A DNA stretch of 64,000 nt from positions 3,623,567-3,687,566 of the forward strand of contig MU053629.1 of the NCBI GenBank assembly GCA_013239625.1, in the 5' to 3' direction. The notes beneath the pieces are model-generated. The model was given only the letters and a program-made list of their open reading frames with translations, did not search any database and had not been told where the DNA came from. A program made the position numbers and the translations under genes. The stretch is from Lama guanicoe (lineage: Eukaryota). Below, piece after piece: positions 1 through 13,065 of this stretch (its first letter is position 1; each line of letters starts with the position of its first letter).

Positions 1-210
1 TTCCATTTATATAAAGTTCTAGAACAGGCAAACTGTAGTGGGGGCAATGGGCAGATGAGGGAGGAATTCTAAAGGAAACTTGGGGGATGTGTTTATTATC
101 TTGATTGTGGTGATGGTTTCTTCATATATGATCAAAACCATTCAATTTTTATTCTTTCAATGTATGCCATCTGTCTTATGTGATTATGCCTCAATAGATC
201 TGTTCAAAAA
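1..210 (+). mobile_element. Old L1 3' end fragment (L1M-type)
   Basis: TTCCATTTATATAAAGTTCTAGAACAGGCAAAACT...TATCTTGATTGTGGTGATGGTTTC...TATGCCTCAATA, typical L1MB/ME 3' UTR motifs. Confidence 0.7.
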
Positions 211-756
211 AGATTCAAAGTATGAGAGATGTTTTTAAAATACAGAAGAAAATTCCCCCAGTAGTATTTAAACTAATTTAAATATATTTATTGTGTTTCC
301 AGTTCTCAGGGGTATTTAGCACTGAATTTGGGGCCTGTTCCCCTATAGAAGTTGAATAAATAGTCACTTTTTCTTCTTCTTTTTAATGTTTTTGTGTTAA
401 AAACCAAACAAAACCAGACAAAAATCAAACAAATAAAAGAAGTACCACCATTATCAGAGGGGGAAGAAGAAGGGCCATGTGAATTAACTGATTATTTCAT
501 TTTATACTTATTCTCTCCGACAGTCTTAACCCTTTGAGGTGAGAGTGCTTCTTTTCTATGTTTACATTGCAAACTGGCTACATGGCTTGAAGTAAGACAA
601 AATAATTTCATGTGAAAAGAAATCATATTTTTTTTATTGCCAATGAGGAAAGAAAAGTTACGACAAAAAAGTTTTAAGTAAAAGCCTAGGAATATTTCTT
701 TTTCATAAGAAAGCATTGCGATGCCGTTACAGATGGAGGTTGTTAGAAACTAAGGA

Positions 757-888
757 GCGGGGAGGCTCTAGCTCGGTGGTAGAATGCATGCTTATTACGC
801 ACAAGGTCCTGGGTTCAATCCCCAGTATCTCCATCAATAAGTAAATTAAACCTAATAACCAGCACGCTCAAAAAACCAACAAAACTTG
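757..888 (+). mobile_element. tRNA-derived SINE, Vic-1-like
   Basis: GGGGAGGCTCTAGCTCGGTGGTAGA (A box) ... GGTTCAATCCCCAGT (B box), A-rich tail with AAACCTAAT; CTAAGGA flanks both sides (750-756, 889-895), a possible TSD. Confidence 0.85.
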
Positions 889-1249
889 CTAAGGATTTTT
901 CCTTCTCTAAAATAGTACAATTCAATAAGTGTTTTTTACAGAAAGGATAGAAACACACATTAGAAGGATGGAACTTTCGTTTCAGTGAGCTCTCAGGCAG
1001 TGCCTGGGCTGGTGAGATGCTAGACCTGGGTTCTATCTGATATTTGCCACTGATTTACAGTGTAATCCAAACTTTTCTGGCTATCAATATCTTCTGTAAA
1101 ACAGAGATCAAATGAAAAAATATAGATAAGAAAAAAATAAATTTAAAAAAACCCCGAAAAACCAGATCACACTGGATCATGCTACTTGATTTACATGCCC
1201 TGAGACATTGTTTCCAGGAGCTGGTCAGAAAGAGAAGAGAGATTTATCC

Positions 1250-1800
1250 ACTCAACTAATATTTATTTTCTATAAGCCAGGTATGGTTCTCAGAGCCAGC
1301 GATGCAATGGAGAGCAAGACAGATGACGTCCCTCTCTTCCAACAGGGAACCAGAAAATAAAAAAGTAAATAAATAAAGAAGATAGTTAAAGGAGAAAAGA
1401 AAATGGTCACATGACAGAGAGTGACTAGAGGGACAATGTAGTAAGGATGAGGAAGTGGCATCTAGGCAGATTCTACAGCAAGAAGCAGGCAGCCAAGCAA
1501 AGAGCCAAGGGAAGACTGCTCCCCACTGAGTAAACAAGAACAAGCAGGTGTGCTCAGAAGGAGGAAAGAAGGTCACGGTGGCCAGAGTTCAGCGACTAAG
1601 AGGGAAAGTAGGATGAGGTGAGTTCTGGTGGAGGCAGAGCTGGGAAGTTCTAAACATAGTTTTGGAGATGGATATACTGGTGGGCCTTAAGCAGGCGACT
1701 AACGTTGCTTTGTTTATTTTTTAAGATCCTCCAGCTGCTCTATGGAGAATGGACTATTAGGAGGCCAGAGGGAAAGCAGAGGGCCAGTTTGGGAGATAGA
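1250..1800 (-). mobile_element. L2 LINE fragment
   Basis: CAACTAATATTTATT start, then AGCCAGGTATGGTTCT...TTTAAGATCCTCCAGCTGCTCTATGGAGAATGGACT. Confidence 0.65.
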
Positions 1801-4800
1801 ACTTAAAGGCAGGCTCACTCCTGATGTTTCCGGGGCCCCGAGAAGGGAATAAATGGAGGCCTAATACCAGCGCTTACATATGCAAAAGTTACCAGTTAAG
1901 CTGAGGTCCATGTAATAAAATATGTTCTATCTTCCTCTCTTGAAAAATACATTTTCATAACAGTGTGGAAGTCCAGGTTGGAATTTAGATTTCTCAGATT
2001 CCTTGGAATATCATAATGCAACATGGGTAGAGCTGGCCCCCAGACATTTTCCCTCTGTCTGCTCCCCCTTCTCTTCTCCCCTCCAACTCCTACCCACACC
2101 ACAAGGGCCTTCACCCACACGTGCGTGGACATCTAGTCCATGAGCCAAGCTCTGTCCACACCTCCTTCAAATAGGTCCCTGGCCACCCCTCGAGCCTGGG
2201 GGAGCCCACACCTGAGTGCAGTGTGCCGTTATGTTCTTAGAAGGATGGACCAAGGAGAGAGGCCCCTGCAAGCCCTGGGAGCAAGCTCTGCACTGTTTGG
2301 CCAGGGAATTCTGGAGTCTTGGGTGACCAGATGGTGGTCTAGAAGCAGAGGCGCAGGTTCTGTGCCAGTGTGACCCTTTGGCCCTGCTGACTCCTCACAG
2401 TGTGGTGAGGGGTGTGGCCAGACAAGGGCCGGAGTGGAGCTCCTGAAGCCCAGGGCCAGAGCAGGGCTATTCAGTTTTCTCACAGTTTGGATCGGGGTGG
2501 TGTTAGAAAGAGAAGAATCAAGCTGGTTACAGTGGAATTCAGTGCTCCAGTTTAGCTGTTTTGAATGTGAGATGCCCATTGAGACAACCAAGTAGAAATT
2601 CCAAAGAGGCAGTTGGCTGTGTGTCTGAAACTCAGGAGGGAGGGCTAGACCAGCAGTAACGACACTGGGAGCTCATCAACATATAGGCGATGGAGGTCAC
2701 CTAAACAGAGAATGTAGACCAAAAAAGGACCGGATCTGAGGCACTATTAGCTAATAAATGCTCACCCACAAAACCTGGAAAATACTGAAAAGCACAAAAT
2801 AAAAAATAAAATAGTCTCGCTCATACTTTCATCTCCTGGAAATAAACACTTAACATTTTGAGATTATTTCTTTTGTTTTCTCTCTCTCAGTCTCTCTCTC
2901 CCTCTCATATACATTTACACTGTGTTTTAATAATAAAATGGTGCTCCTATGTACATAATTTTTATGAGTACTTTTTTCACTTACTATTTTTGCGATACTT
3001 TCCCATGCCATTACATTACTCTTTTAAAGAGATATTTTGAAACTGATGCCTTGAATCTCATCAGGTAGATGTATCATAAAATCCTCTATTTTTGGACATT
3101 ACTTTTTTAAGGTAATATAATTTATTACTTTTTTAGCATAGGGAAATTCAAAGAAGGAAACCAAAACTTGCTCATAATCTTCTCACCTAGGAAATATCAG
3201 TTGATGAAGAAAATAAAACAAAATAAAGCAGTACATTTATATGGATAGAAAAATCTAACAATACACAAAAACTTACAAAATGAAAAGTGAGAGCTTTTCT
3301 TCCCAGTCTTTCTTTCTAAAAGTTATTACTGTTAACAAGTTCTTGTAGTTTCTTCCAAGAAAAGAGTAACAGTGAATTCAGTAAAAGCACAAAAGTTGAA
3401 TATAAAAGAAAAATTAATTTGTCTACACCTTGTCATTATGAGTAATGCTGAAATACACATCTCTGTTGTATATACATCTCAATGCACATCTCTGATTATT
3501 TCCTCAAAATAAACCTGAACTGTATGCAGTATGGACATTACATGAAATTGCTTTCTTTCCCCAACAGTTTATAAACTAAATTTGAATGACATCTAGATTT
3601 GTCAGTTTCTAAGTTTGGCCCCAAATTCATAGAACTCAAAAGAAGTGTGGATTCTGATCTATTCAAATCTATGGGGCTTATGCCGAATATGGTTTGATAA
3701 GACTTGAAATTGAAGATAAGTATCAAAATTAGAGAAAGAGGTGATAGGTAAAGGAAAAACAATCACATTATTGTGATTTATGGCATGACCAAGCTTTTTA
3801 GTGTCATTATAATTGGAGATACTTGAAAATGCCACAGCCAGAACAACTTACCTGATGACCATCAAGCAAAACTAATTCTACCTACCTACTATTTGGCAAG
3901 GTACCAGGACTTTTTACAGGATCATTAGCCTGGGAATCAGGAGACATGTTCCTGTTCTACCCCGATCTAGCTGTGACCTCAAAGGATACCACTAAACTCT
4001 CTGAGGCTCAGTTTTGCTATTTATAAGACAGGGTGATGGGACCCCAATGACCTCTATGGTCTAGCTCTAAAATTCTAAAATGAACTCAGTGTCCTATTCT
4101 CTGTATGCAGAAGCCCCAGTCTAGGATCTAGTTATAAATATCTATCTATTCAGAGAAAGCACATGCAGGAGCAAGAATAAATAGCTGTATGGTTCAGTAG
4201 TAATTATAATGACACAGCAATGCTATCTTTATAATGACAGTATCAATTTATTTTATGAGGCTGTACAATTAAAATAATCTGGCACATCACACAAGAGATT
4301 CACTTGCTCCCTGGGAATATATAAAACTAAAAAACGTATTGATGTATCAGTAATAGTAATTGACAATATCTTGAAATATACATAAACCCAGGACTGCATG
4401 TCATGCATAGTTCGTTGTTGGAAATGAAACCCTTTTTAGGCAAATGCCAAACTCTCTGTGAGGTGACCTGGTCTCTGAGCAAGAGTGTGAATTATAAAAA
4501 GATTAATAGTCAGATGTTTGATGGCTCTGCCTGTGTAGACTGTATATGCTCTTATCACAGCTTCCAAATCTCTGTAGATTAAATGGTAACTCTCATATTA
4601 AATTTCCTGCTTGTAATCTTTGCAAAGCACTTGGCAGGAAAAGGATGATGCAGGGGTTTTCCACTGAGCAGAAGAAAGCATGGGGGCAAAAAAAAAAAAA
4701 AAAAAAACCAAGAAGACAAACATTCAAATTAATGTCCTGGGAAAGATCTGTTTCATCTCCGACCAGATTAGAGATTAAGAACATCCAGGATCCTGGACTG

Positions 4801-5967
4801 TGACTGTAAAGGAAGTTAAGACTTCCTTCTCCACAGCTGCCCTCTAGGAAGCTGGTATGTCCCAAGTGTATCTTCTTTCACTGTGCTCCACAAGGGCGAA
4901 AAGCAAAATACCTCTCACGGATGCCAAGCCAGGGTGGGGTCCCTACCCCCACTCCCCTCCAGAAAAAGGTGCCAGATCTGACATCCTGTCTGGCTGAAGC
5001 CACATCCTTAGAGAGCAATTGAAATTGCATCCACCCTCACTTTGTTGAGGCACCTTTTCCTTTAAATGAAGGGCAAGCGACCATTAAAAGTGGCTCCCAA
5101 AATAACCCAGTGGTTTCAGTGCTTTCGGAATGTCTGACATCCAGAGCCAGGGAAGCGGATGTAGGTCCTCTGAAGAGAGAGGGGTAGTGTTACCCTTCAC
5201 ACTGTGACCCTTCACTCAGTTACTCAATGGGAACAGCTGCCAAACTCAGAGGAGCTTAAAAATCTAGACAATGGATTATACTCCTTAGCTATTTATTTAA
5301 CCATTTAAAAAATCAGCCCCACCCGGAACAGAATAAATTGTAGACAAAGGGAGATAATGATAGTAAAAGCCTTTAATAATGAGCGTTCTCTCATAACTGG
5401 AGAGTAGGAAAATGTGGTATTAAAATGAGGGTCAAATATAAGGTGGAATGTCTTTATGTGGATTAACTTCAGGTTGCAAGAACTTGACTTTTTTTTTTAT
5501 TTTGAATTTCCCAACTGAATTTTCCATAGTAAGAGAATAAAATATCTTAATTTGTAAGAAGCAAATATGGACTTGCCTCTAAAATAAAATTCACACATTG
5601 ATAATATAAAGTTCACTGATCCTGTGATATCAACTGCTTGACTATGGCTAAGGTGAACACAGGAATCCATGATGAAAACAGAAATTATCATTGAATAGTG
5701 TGTCATGAACGATTCTTATTATCTTTTTTATACTATTCTAGTCCCCCCCCCGAGTAATAAGCTGGTATTAATTACACAATTTTTAAAAAATCCACAGGAT
5801 GTGACATAAAAAACCCCAAAATACTCAGAGGACGTAACTGTTTTAATTGAAGAAGACAGATGTTATTCTTTCAACCTAAAAAATGAAACAGAACAAATAA
5901 AAATACATTTTGATTGGTCTGACCTATTTTCTGAGAAAAAGAAAAGTTTTCTCATGATTACTTATAT

Positions 5968-6870
5968 CCTCCAGCTTTACTGAGCTATAATTGACATATA
6001 ACATTGTGTAAGTTTAAGATGCATATGTTGATATGATACAGATATATATTATAAAATGATTACCACCATAGCATTAGTTAAGCCTCCCATATTGTCACAT
6101 AATTGCCATTTCTGTTCTGTGGTGAGAACATTTAAGATCTACTCTTAGCAATGTTCAAGTATATAAGACAGGATTGTAGTCAGTCATCATGCTGTACCCT
6201 ACATCCCTAGAACCTGTTAATCTTATAAATGGAGGTTTGTACCGTTTGACCAATATCTCCTTGTTTCCTCCACCACAGCCCCTGGTAACCTCCACTCTAC
6301 TCTCTGTTTCTCTAAGTTTGGCTTTTTCAGATTCCACGTACAAGTGAGATAGATCATATAGTATTTGTTTTTTTCTGTCTGACTTATCTCAGTTAGCATA
6401 AGGTCTATCTACGTTGTTGCAAATGGTAGGATTTCCTTCTGTCTCATGGCTGAGTAATATTCTATTGTATATATACACCAGGTCTTCTTTGTGTATTCAT
6501 CTGTTGACAGACACTTAGGGCTGTTTGCATATCTTGGCTATTGTGAATAATGCCGCAATTAACATGGGAGAGCAGATATGTCTATGAGATCCTGATCTCA
6601 ATTCCTTTGGATCTATACCCAGAAGTGGAACTGCTAGATCATTTAGTAGATCTATTTTTAATTTTTATGTTATTTTGAGGAACCTCCATACTTTTTTTCA
6701 TAGTGGATGTATCAATTTGCGCTTCCATTAACAATGCACAAGGGTTCCCTTTTCTCCACACCCTGCCAACACTTATCTCTTGTGCTTTTGGTAATAGCCA
6801 TTCTGATAGGTGTGAGGTGATCTCATTGTGGTTTTGATTTCCATTTCACTGATGATGAGTGATGTTGAGT
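5968..6870 (-). mobile_element. 5'-truncated L1 (3' UTR and ORF2 C-terminus, L1MA-like)
   Basis: CTTTACTGAGCTATAATTGACATATAACATTGTG...TTAGCATAAGG...ATACCCAGAAGTGGAACTGCTAGATCAT...ATAGCCATTCTGATAGGTGTGAGGTGA. Confidence 0.88.
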
Positions 6871-6929
6871 AAATTTCTTTTTGTCTCTAGTAATTATTTT
6901 ATGGAAGGGTAACATAGATCCAGAACATA

Positions 6930-7120
6930 GATTGTTTTATTAAAAGATAATATAAATTAAACTGAAACACATGTTTGTGTGATCTCCACCCAGATCAAGA
7001 AAGCAAACATTACCAGCACCCTAAAAGCCTCCTTCAACTCAGCTTCCTTTTGCTCTCCTCCTCAAGGATAACCACTACCCCAACTTCTACCACCATGGAT
7101 TAGATTTTCCAGTTTTGAGC

Positions 7121-7152
<32 letters not shown>

Positions 7153-7990
7153 GTAAACTTCTTGTGTCTAGCTTCTTCTCAACAGGATGTTAGTGAGATT
7201 CATATTGTTGCAAGTAGTGGCAGTCTATTTTCACAGTGCTGTAGAGCATTCCATTGCATGAATTTACCACAATGCATCCATTTACTGTTGATGGACACGG
7301 GTTGTTTCCCTAATAACTACTACAGATAGTGTTGTTATGAATATTCTTGTATATGTTTTCTGATGAATATATATGTTGATTTCTGTAGGTATATGCCCAG
7401 GATCAGACTCTTTAGGTCATAGGATAGATGTAAGTTTAACCTTAGTATACACTATGAAACAATTTATCAAACTAATTGCACAAATTTATACCCCCACCAT
7501 CAGTGTAAGAGAGTCCTAGTTGCTCCACATCTTACCAACATTTGATACTACTTATCCTCTTCAATTCAGCCAGGTTAGTGAGCATAGTATCATAATATTT
7601 ATTATTGTGGTAAAGTGTACCTAAAATTTTTACCATTTTGACCATTTTCAATACTTTAGTGGCATTAGGTACTCACACTGTGGTTTTAAGTTGCATTTTC
7701 TTGATAACTAAAGAAGTTCAGCATCTTTTCATATTTTTCTTGTCAACGTGTAGAATTCTTTATACATTATGAATCTGAGTTACTTTTCCAATATGTGTCG
7801 CAAATGTCTTCTTTTTACCCTTTTTGAAGGTCAAAAGGAATTAACATTAATGTATTCCAGTTTATCATATTTTTCTTCAGGGTTTGTTTTTTTCGCATGT
7901 GTGTCTTGTTTAAGGAATCTTTGCCTACCCTAATGTCACGAAGATATTCCCTAACATTTTCTTCTAAAAATTTTTTTGTTATGTATGGTT
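6930..7990 (-). mobile_element. Older degraded L1 fragment(s)
   Basis: CCACCCAGATCAAGAAAGCAAACATTACCAGCACCC, CTGTTGATGGACA, GAGTCCTAGTTGCTCCACATC, TTTAAGGAATCTTTGCCTACCCTAATGTCACGAAGATATT motifs. Confidence 0.75.
7121..7152. repeat. Compound microsatellite (AT)10(AC)6
   Basis: Read directly. Confidence 0.95.
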
Positions 7991-8467
7991 TATGAAAGTT
8001 TTTTTAAAAAGGCTTTAAAAATATATTCCCAGCCTGCTCTCAAAACCGGTTCCCCCAATTTATAGTCTCATCAGCACTGAGTACCTATCTCCCTGTACCC
8101 TGGTCAGTAGATCAGTAGTGTGTATTACTGATTCATATGTATCTGTATCTCTGTTTGTCAGTTTGTTAGGCGCAAGGAGGCTCTTGACAAGTTGTCTATT
8201 CCCCGACGCTGCTTCTCTAAGTGAGAAGGGGTTCTTTTCTTTACTCATTTTATCACTTCGTCTCCTTCAACGGGAGTCGGTCCACGGGCCACAGTCACCG
8301 CAGTGAAGGAGACCGCGTGACAACCAGCGGGGTCAAGCTAACCTCCTCACTAGCTGTGGGAACCAGGACCTCCCTTCCCGGTGGGCCCACCTGGTTGCCT
8401 CTGGGCGGCAGAGGGCGCAGTGGAGCCAGAGTCGGCCCCCGCCCCCAGGGCAGCGGGCCGCGCCCCC

Positions 8468-8540
8468 GTGACGTATTTCCGCGTCATCTGCCGCCGAGGC
8501 GTGCTCCCATTGGCTGCCGGCGAAGCAATAGGGGCGGGGC
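8468..8540. promoter_or_regulatory. Proximal promoter motif cluster: CRE-like GTGACGTA (8468-8475), ETS-like TTCCG (8477-8481), CRE half-site CGTCA (8482-8486), reverse CCAAT box ATTGG (8509-8513), GC box GGGGCGGGGC (8531-8540)
   Basis: Motifs read directly; arrangement typical of housekeeping CpG-island promoters; factor binding is inferred. Confidence 0.6.
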
Positions 8541-8580
8541 CGAGTGGGTGTGTGGGAAACGCAGCCGCCTGGGGTGGGGG

Positions 8581-9102
<522 letters not shown>

Positions 9103-9324
9103 TAAGTGTGGGGAGGGGGGCGAGCGCCGGGGCCGCGCTGGGGGGGCCCGCGCGGAGGCGCAGGAGCGGAGCCGGGTGTGCGCGGCTCGCGGGGCTCCGC
9201 TTGGGTCGTCACGTACGTCGCGGGCCGCCGGGCGCGAGGAACTCCCGGCCGCCAAGGTGTCGGTGACTAAGCACTGATTGTGTTCCTGACTCAAGACCAG
9301 TCGGTGGACCCAGCGAGTCTCGAT

Positions 9325-9342
9325 CCCCCCCCCCCCCCCCCC
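9325..9342. repeat. Poly-C tract (C18) in intron 1
   Basis: Read directly. Confidence 0.95.
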
Positions 9343-10629
9343 TTTCCCCACCCCTATTCTTCTTAAAAAATAAAAAGTGGTTCATCGCCTGCCCCTCCCC
9401 AGCTGTTTCCCCTAGGTCCTCTGGGATTCTGGCCTGTAACAGGGAGAAGGGAGCACATGTTTTGGAAAAATTAAGATCACATCTGCGTTTTCGAGACCAG
9501 CTCAGGGTGTGGAGTTGGGGCCAGCGGGCGGTCCTCACCTTCGTACCTGTCACCTGTGGGCTGGGAGTGCCTCGTTGAGGCCGCTTCCTGGCCAGCGGGG
9601 TATGTGTACACCGACATCCCCGTGGCTTTTCCCTTGTCGACTTTGGGGGCTCCCATTCCTTGGCCTTCTTCCTGGAAACTATCTGACTCCAAGGGAGCGG
9701 CTTTTCTTCATCTGACTCTTCATTCATTCACTCAGTCAAGAAATCTTTTCTCATCAGTCTCTCCTGGGGTTCCTTAGGTGACCATAAGCCCTAAACTTCT
9801 GACCTGAGATGTGAACACCAAGGCCTTGGAAATCACACACAAGGTCCTCCATCTCTGCAGCTTTCAGTGTTGCTCACAAACCAGCACTTTATGTCATTAA
9901 ACAGTGATAAGGTTGTTTAATAGGTGTTTCTGAGTTCCCACAGCTCTTTTGTGTCCTGTGAGGGGGAGAGAGTCGGCTAGCTGGACAAATAACTGGCAAA
10001 GATTTAGTTCTTAATCTTTTTACCCTCACACTGGAGGCTTTAAGAAACTGGCTGTTGAAATGAATAGATTAGGCCCAGACCTTCTGCCCTTTGGTGACTT
10101 CTGTAACCTTCCTTTGCCTCTCTTGATTTTAATAGTTGGGGGTCCTGTTGACTTGGTGACTCTGTCCATCCCTATAATGATCACAAGGCCAGTGGTGGAG
10201 GGACCTGTGATGTGAGCTCAACCACATTCCATAGACGTGTTCTCAGCAAACTCCCTTCAGTACTGTAGTGTCTGTTTTGCAGGGTGACTTGAACAGGTTA
10301 GTGGATTACTTTGCAAACATTCATTCAGTTTTTGTGTACAGAATTTTATCCCCTTAAAATAGTCTGAAAGTCCCTCCAGGGCAGGGCAGGGCAGGATAGG
10401 ACAGGTTTTGACCACAGTGGATTGTGGCTGAATGTTGCGGCCTGATCATCCTGCTCCCATTTGATTTGAGTGGAAGTGCCTGTAGCCCTTCTGTTGTTAA
10501 TTTGACACCACAGCTGTGTTCTTGAAAAGGGGAGGAATTTCTTTAAAAGAAAACAATACAGGGAGGAAGAGAGGAAACAGCCTTGGAGTTGGTGGCAGAA
10601 ACATTTGGGTGGGACTGGGAGATTTTAAA

Positions 10630-10845
10630 CAGTGGTTAAGAGATTGGAGTTTGGAGTCAGGCTAAATTTGAAGCCTTGGCTCTGTTATCTGTGGTTTTGT
10701 GACCTGGGACGAGTCTCTCCATCTCTCTGAGGCTTAGGGTTTTTTCATCTGCGAAAATAGGTCTAATGATAGAACTTATTTAGAGTAGTTGTGAAGATTA
10801 AGTGAGCTGATAATAGTAAACCTTCCATGAATGTTAGCTGCTGGT
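10630..10845 (+). mobile_element. MIR SINE
   Basis: AGTGGTTAAGAG...TTTGGAGTCAG...TGTGACCTGGGACGAGT...CATCTGCGAAAATAGG...GTTGTGAAGATTAAGTGAG. Confidence 0.78.
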
Positions 10846-11489
10846 ACTTTGCTGCTGGGAAAATATTGAGAAGGCTGAAGGAAACCAGAAGGTAATTTCC
10901 AATCGTGATGGTAAATGTGTGTGTTAAGGTGCCTTAGCTTACGGATAGACAACTCTCCGTTGCTCAATTTTCTGTGCCATCTGCCATCTACCTCCCTGAC
11001 TCATTGGTTGTTACAATAGGAGGCATCTTTGTGTAGACAGTCTCAGACAAACAGGGACTGTTCCCCTACATTTCCTGTCACTAACGGGGAAAGCTGAACA
11101 CATCTTCATCTTTCACCTTTCTCAAACAAGGCTGCTGTACTCAGGATTTCTGTGATTGGACCAGGGCATGATTTTGAACATTAGCATACAATGTAAATTA
11201 AAGAAGAAAAAAAATGCATTGACATTAAAGAACTCTTAGTGCTAAATTGGCAAGGTTACTTCCCTGTAGCTCCTGGCCACTAACGTAGTACTTGGGACTG
11301 GCTTGTAACATAGCACTTCTTTCATTCAGACTGAGCTGAGCCATGTGGGACCTCAAGTCTATGCAAGTTTTGAGGGTCCATGAAAAATAATGCAGAAATA
11401 GTGCTTTTGCAAGTTTTTGCGAAAATATATGGGCATATTGCAAGGGTGCTATGTGTTAGAATGAAATAAATTGGAAATAAGATCGTTAT

Positions 11490-12033
11490 CAGTCCCCTGT
11501 TTAAAGTGTTTTCATGGTTTCATTGCAGTTAGAATAAAATCCAAACTCTTTATATTGGGCTGAGCCTGCTGTATCTCACCCGCACCCCTGCCCGCCAGCC
11601 CCCCTTAACCACATTTCCTGCCTCTCCTTTCTTCCGTTACACTGGTCCTCTTTCACTTCCTCCATAGGATGGTCCCTACTCCCTCCAGGTCCTTGCACAT
11701 GCTGTTCCCTTTGCCTGGAATGAATCATCCCTTCCTCTTCCCAAGCTAGGAAGGAAGCAGTCTTCACCTTTCTCATAAATGTCATTTCCTCAAAGATGTT
11801 CCCAGACCACCTAATCTAAAGTAGGTCCCTCTTTCGCATGTCACCTGATTTTTTTTTTTAATGACACTCATTCACTCCATAATTTTTTATTAGGGTATTT
11901 TAAATGTTTCTCTCATCTGTACATCATAAACTATAAGCATAGGACTGCCTTTTTTGATTTGTTGCTCTGTAAGTAGTACCTAGAATAGTGCTTGTGCACG
12001 AATGTTTGTGGAGTGAATCAGTGAGTGAATGAA
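11490..12033 (+). mobile_element. L2 LINE 3' end
   Basis: AGAATAAAATCCAAACTCTT...CCTTGCACATGCTGTTCCCTTTGCCTGGAATG...AATGTTTGTGGAGTGAATCAGTGAGTGAATGAA. Confidence 0.75.
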
Positions 12034-12269
12034 ATTTCTGATATTTGCACAATGTGTTTAGCAAACCTTTTAATACCTTTTCATTTCTTCTTTAATTTTC
12101 CCCTTTACTCTCATTCCCCCCTCCCTATTTCCCTTTTTTTCACAGGCACCCTAGATATTTAATATATGGTGTTATAAGTCCACCCATTTGTTGGGGATGT
12201 GTGCCTTTGGGAGGTAGATAGTATTGTTCTGTGTATTTCTGTGCTTAACGTGCTGAATGCTGTTGTGCT

Positions 12270-12738
12270 ATTTATTATTCAGCCTTAAAAGAGAAGGAAA
12301 TCCTGCCATTTGTGACACCATGGATAGACCTGGAGGATGTTATGCTAAATAAGCCAGACACAGAAAGAAAAATACTGCATCATCTCACTTATTTTACATG
12401 TGGAATCTAAAAAAGTGGGATACATAGAAGCAGAGAGTAGATAACTGGTTACCAGGGGTCAGGGGGTGGGGGAAATGGGAGGATGTTGGTCACAGGATAC
12501 AAAGTTATAGTTACATAGGATGAAGTCTAGAGCTGTAATGCACAGCGTGATAACTGTAGTTAATATACTGTTTTGAATACTGGACATTTGCTAAAAGTCG
12601 ATTTCAGGTACTCTTCTTACAGACAAAAAGTGATAACTTTCAGGAAATGTGTACATTAATTAGCATGATGATAGTAATCATTTCGCTATGTGTGTAGATT
12701 GTTATGTTGTACACCTTAAATATATTCAGTTTTTATTA
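12270..12738 (+). mobile_element. 5'-truncated L1 3' end (L1MA-like) with a perfect 14-bp TSD
   Basis: AATGCTGTTGTGCT at 12256-12269 and 12739-12752; body TATTCAGCCTTAAAAGAGAAGGAAATCCTGCCATTTGTGACACCATGGATAGACCTGGAGG. Confidence 0.9.
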
Positions 12739-12829
12739 AATGCTGTTGTGCTGTAAATCTGCAACACGTGGGGTACACTGGAACATCTCAATAGTTTAAC
12801 AATACTTGCGGGTCAGTGGGGGGCTCTGA

Positions 12830-13065
12830 TTGGATTCCATTAGGGACCCAGACTGATGGAGGCACCATATCTGAAATATGCTTAATGAGAAGGGACTCTT
12901 GTGAACCACATTCTGGCTTGTAAAATTTCTGCCCAGAAGTGACAGATACCACTTTTGCTCTCATTTTTGCAAAGCCAGTCACGTCGCCATGCTGACCTTT
13001 GAAGGGGGCAGGGGCCTTCTTGGAAGGAGGAGAATTGGGAATATTTGAACAGAGCAACGACAATC
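12830..13065. mobile_element. MLT1-type (MaLR) LTR fragment
   Basis: GGGACCCAGACTGATGGAGGC...TTCTGCCCAGAAGTGACA...AAAGCCAGTCACGT motifs recalled from old MLT1 elements. Confidence 0.6.

Noticed and set aside
524..538. 15-nt microexon-like pattern (pyrimidine tract-CAG|TCTTAACCCTTTGAG|GTGAGA)
   Set aside because: It lies 8 kb upstream of the promoter with no evident + strand host transcript; such patterns arise by chance.
757..832. tRNA gene-like sequence with A and B boxes (also at ~32110, 45310, 47955, 51804, 52180)
   Set aside because: Multiple diverged copies with A-rich tails and TSDs, and no intact cloverleaf: these are SINEs, not tRNA genes.
1805..2480. Possible old DNA-transposon remnant interrupting the L2
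   Set aside because: Looks repeat-derived, but I could not identify terminal inverted repeats or a family with confidence.
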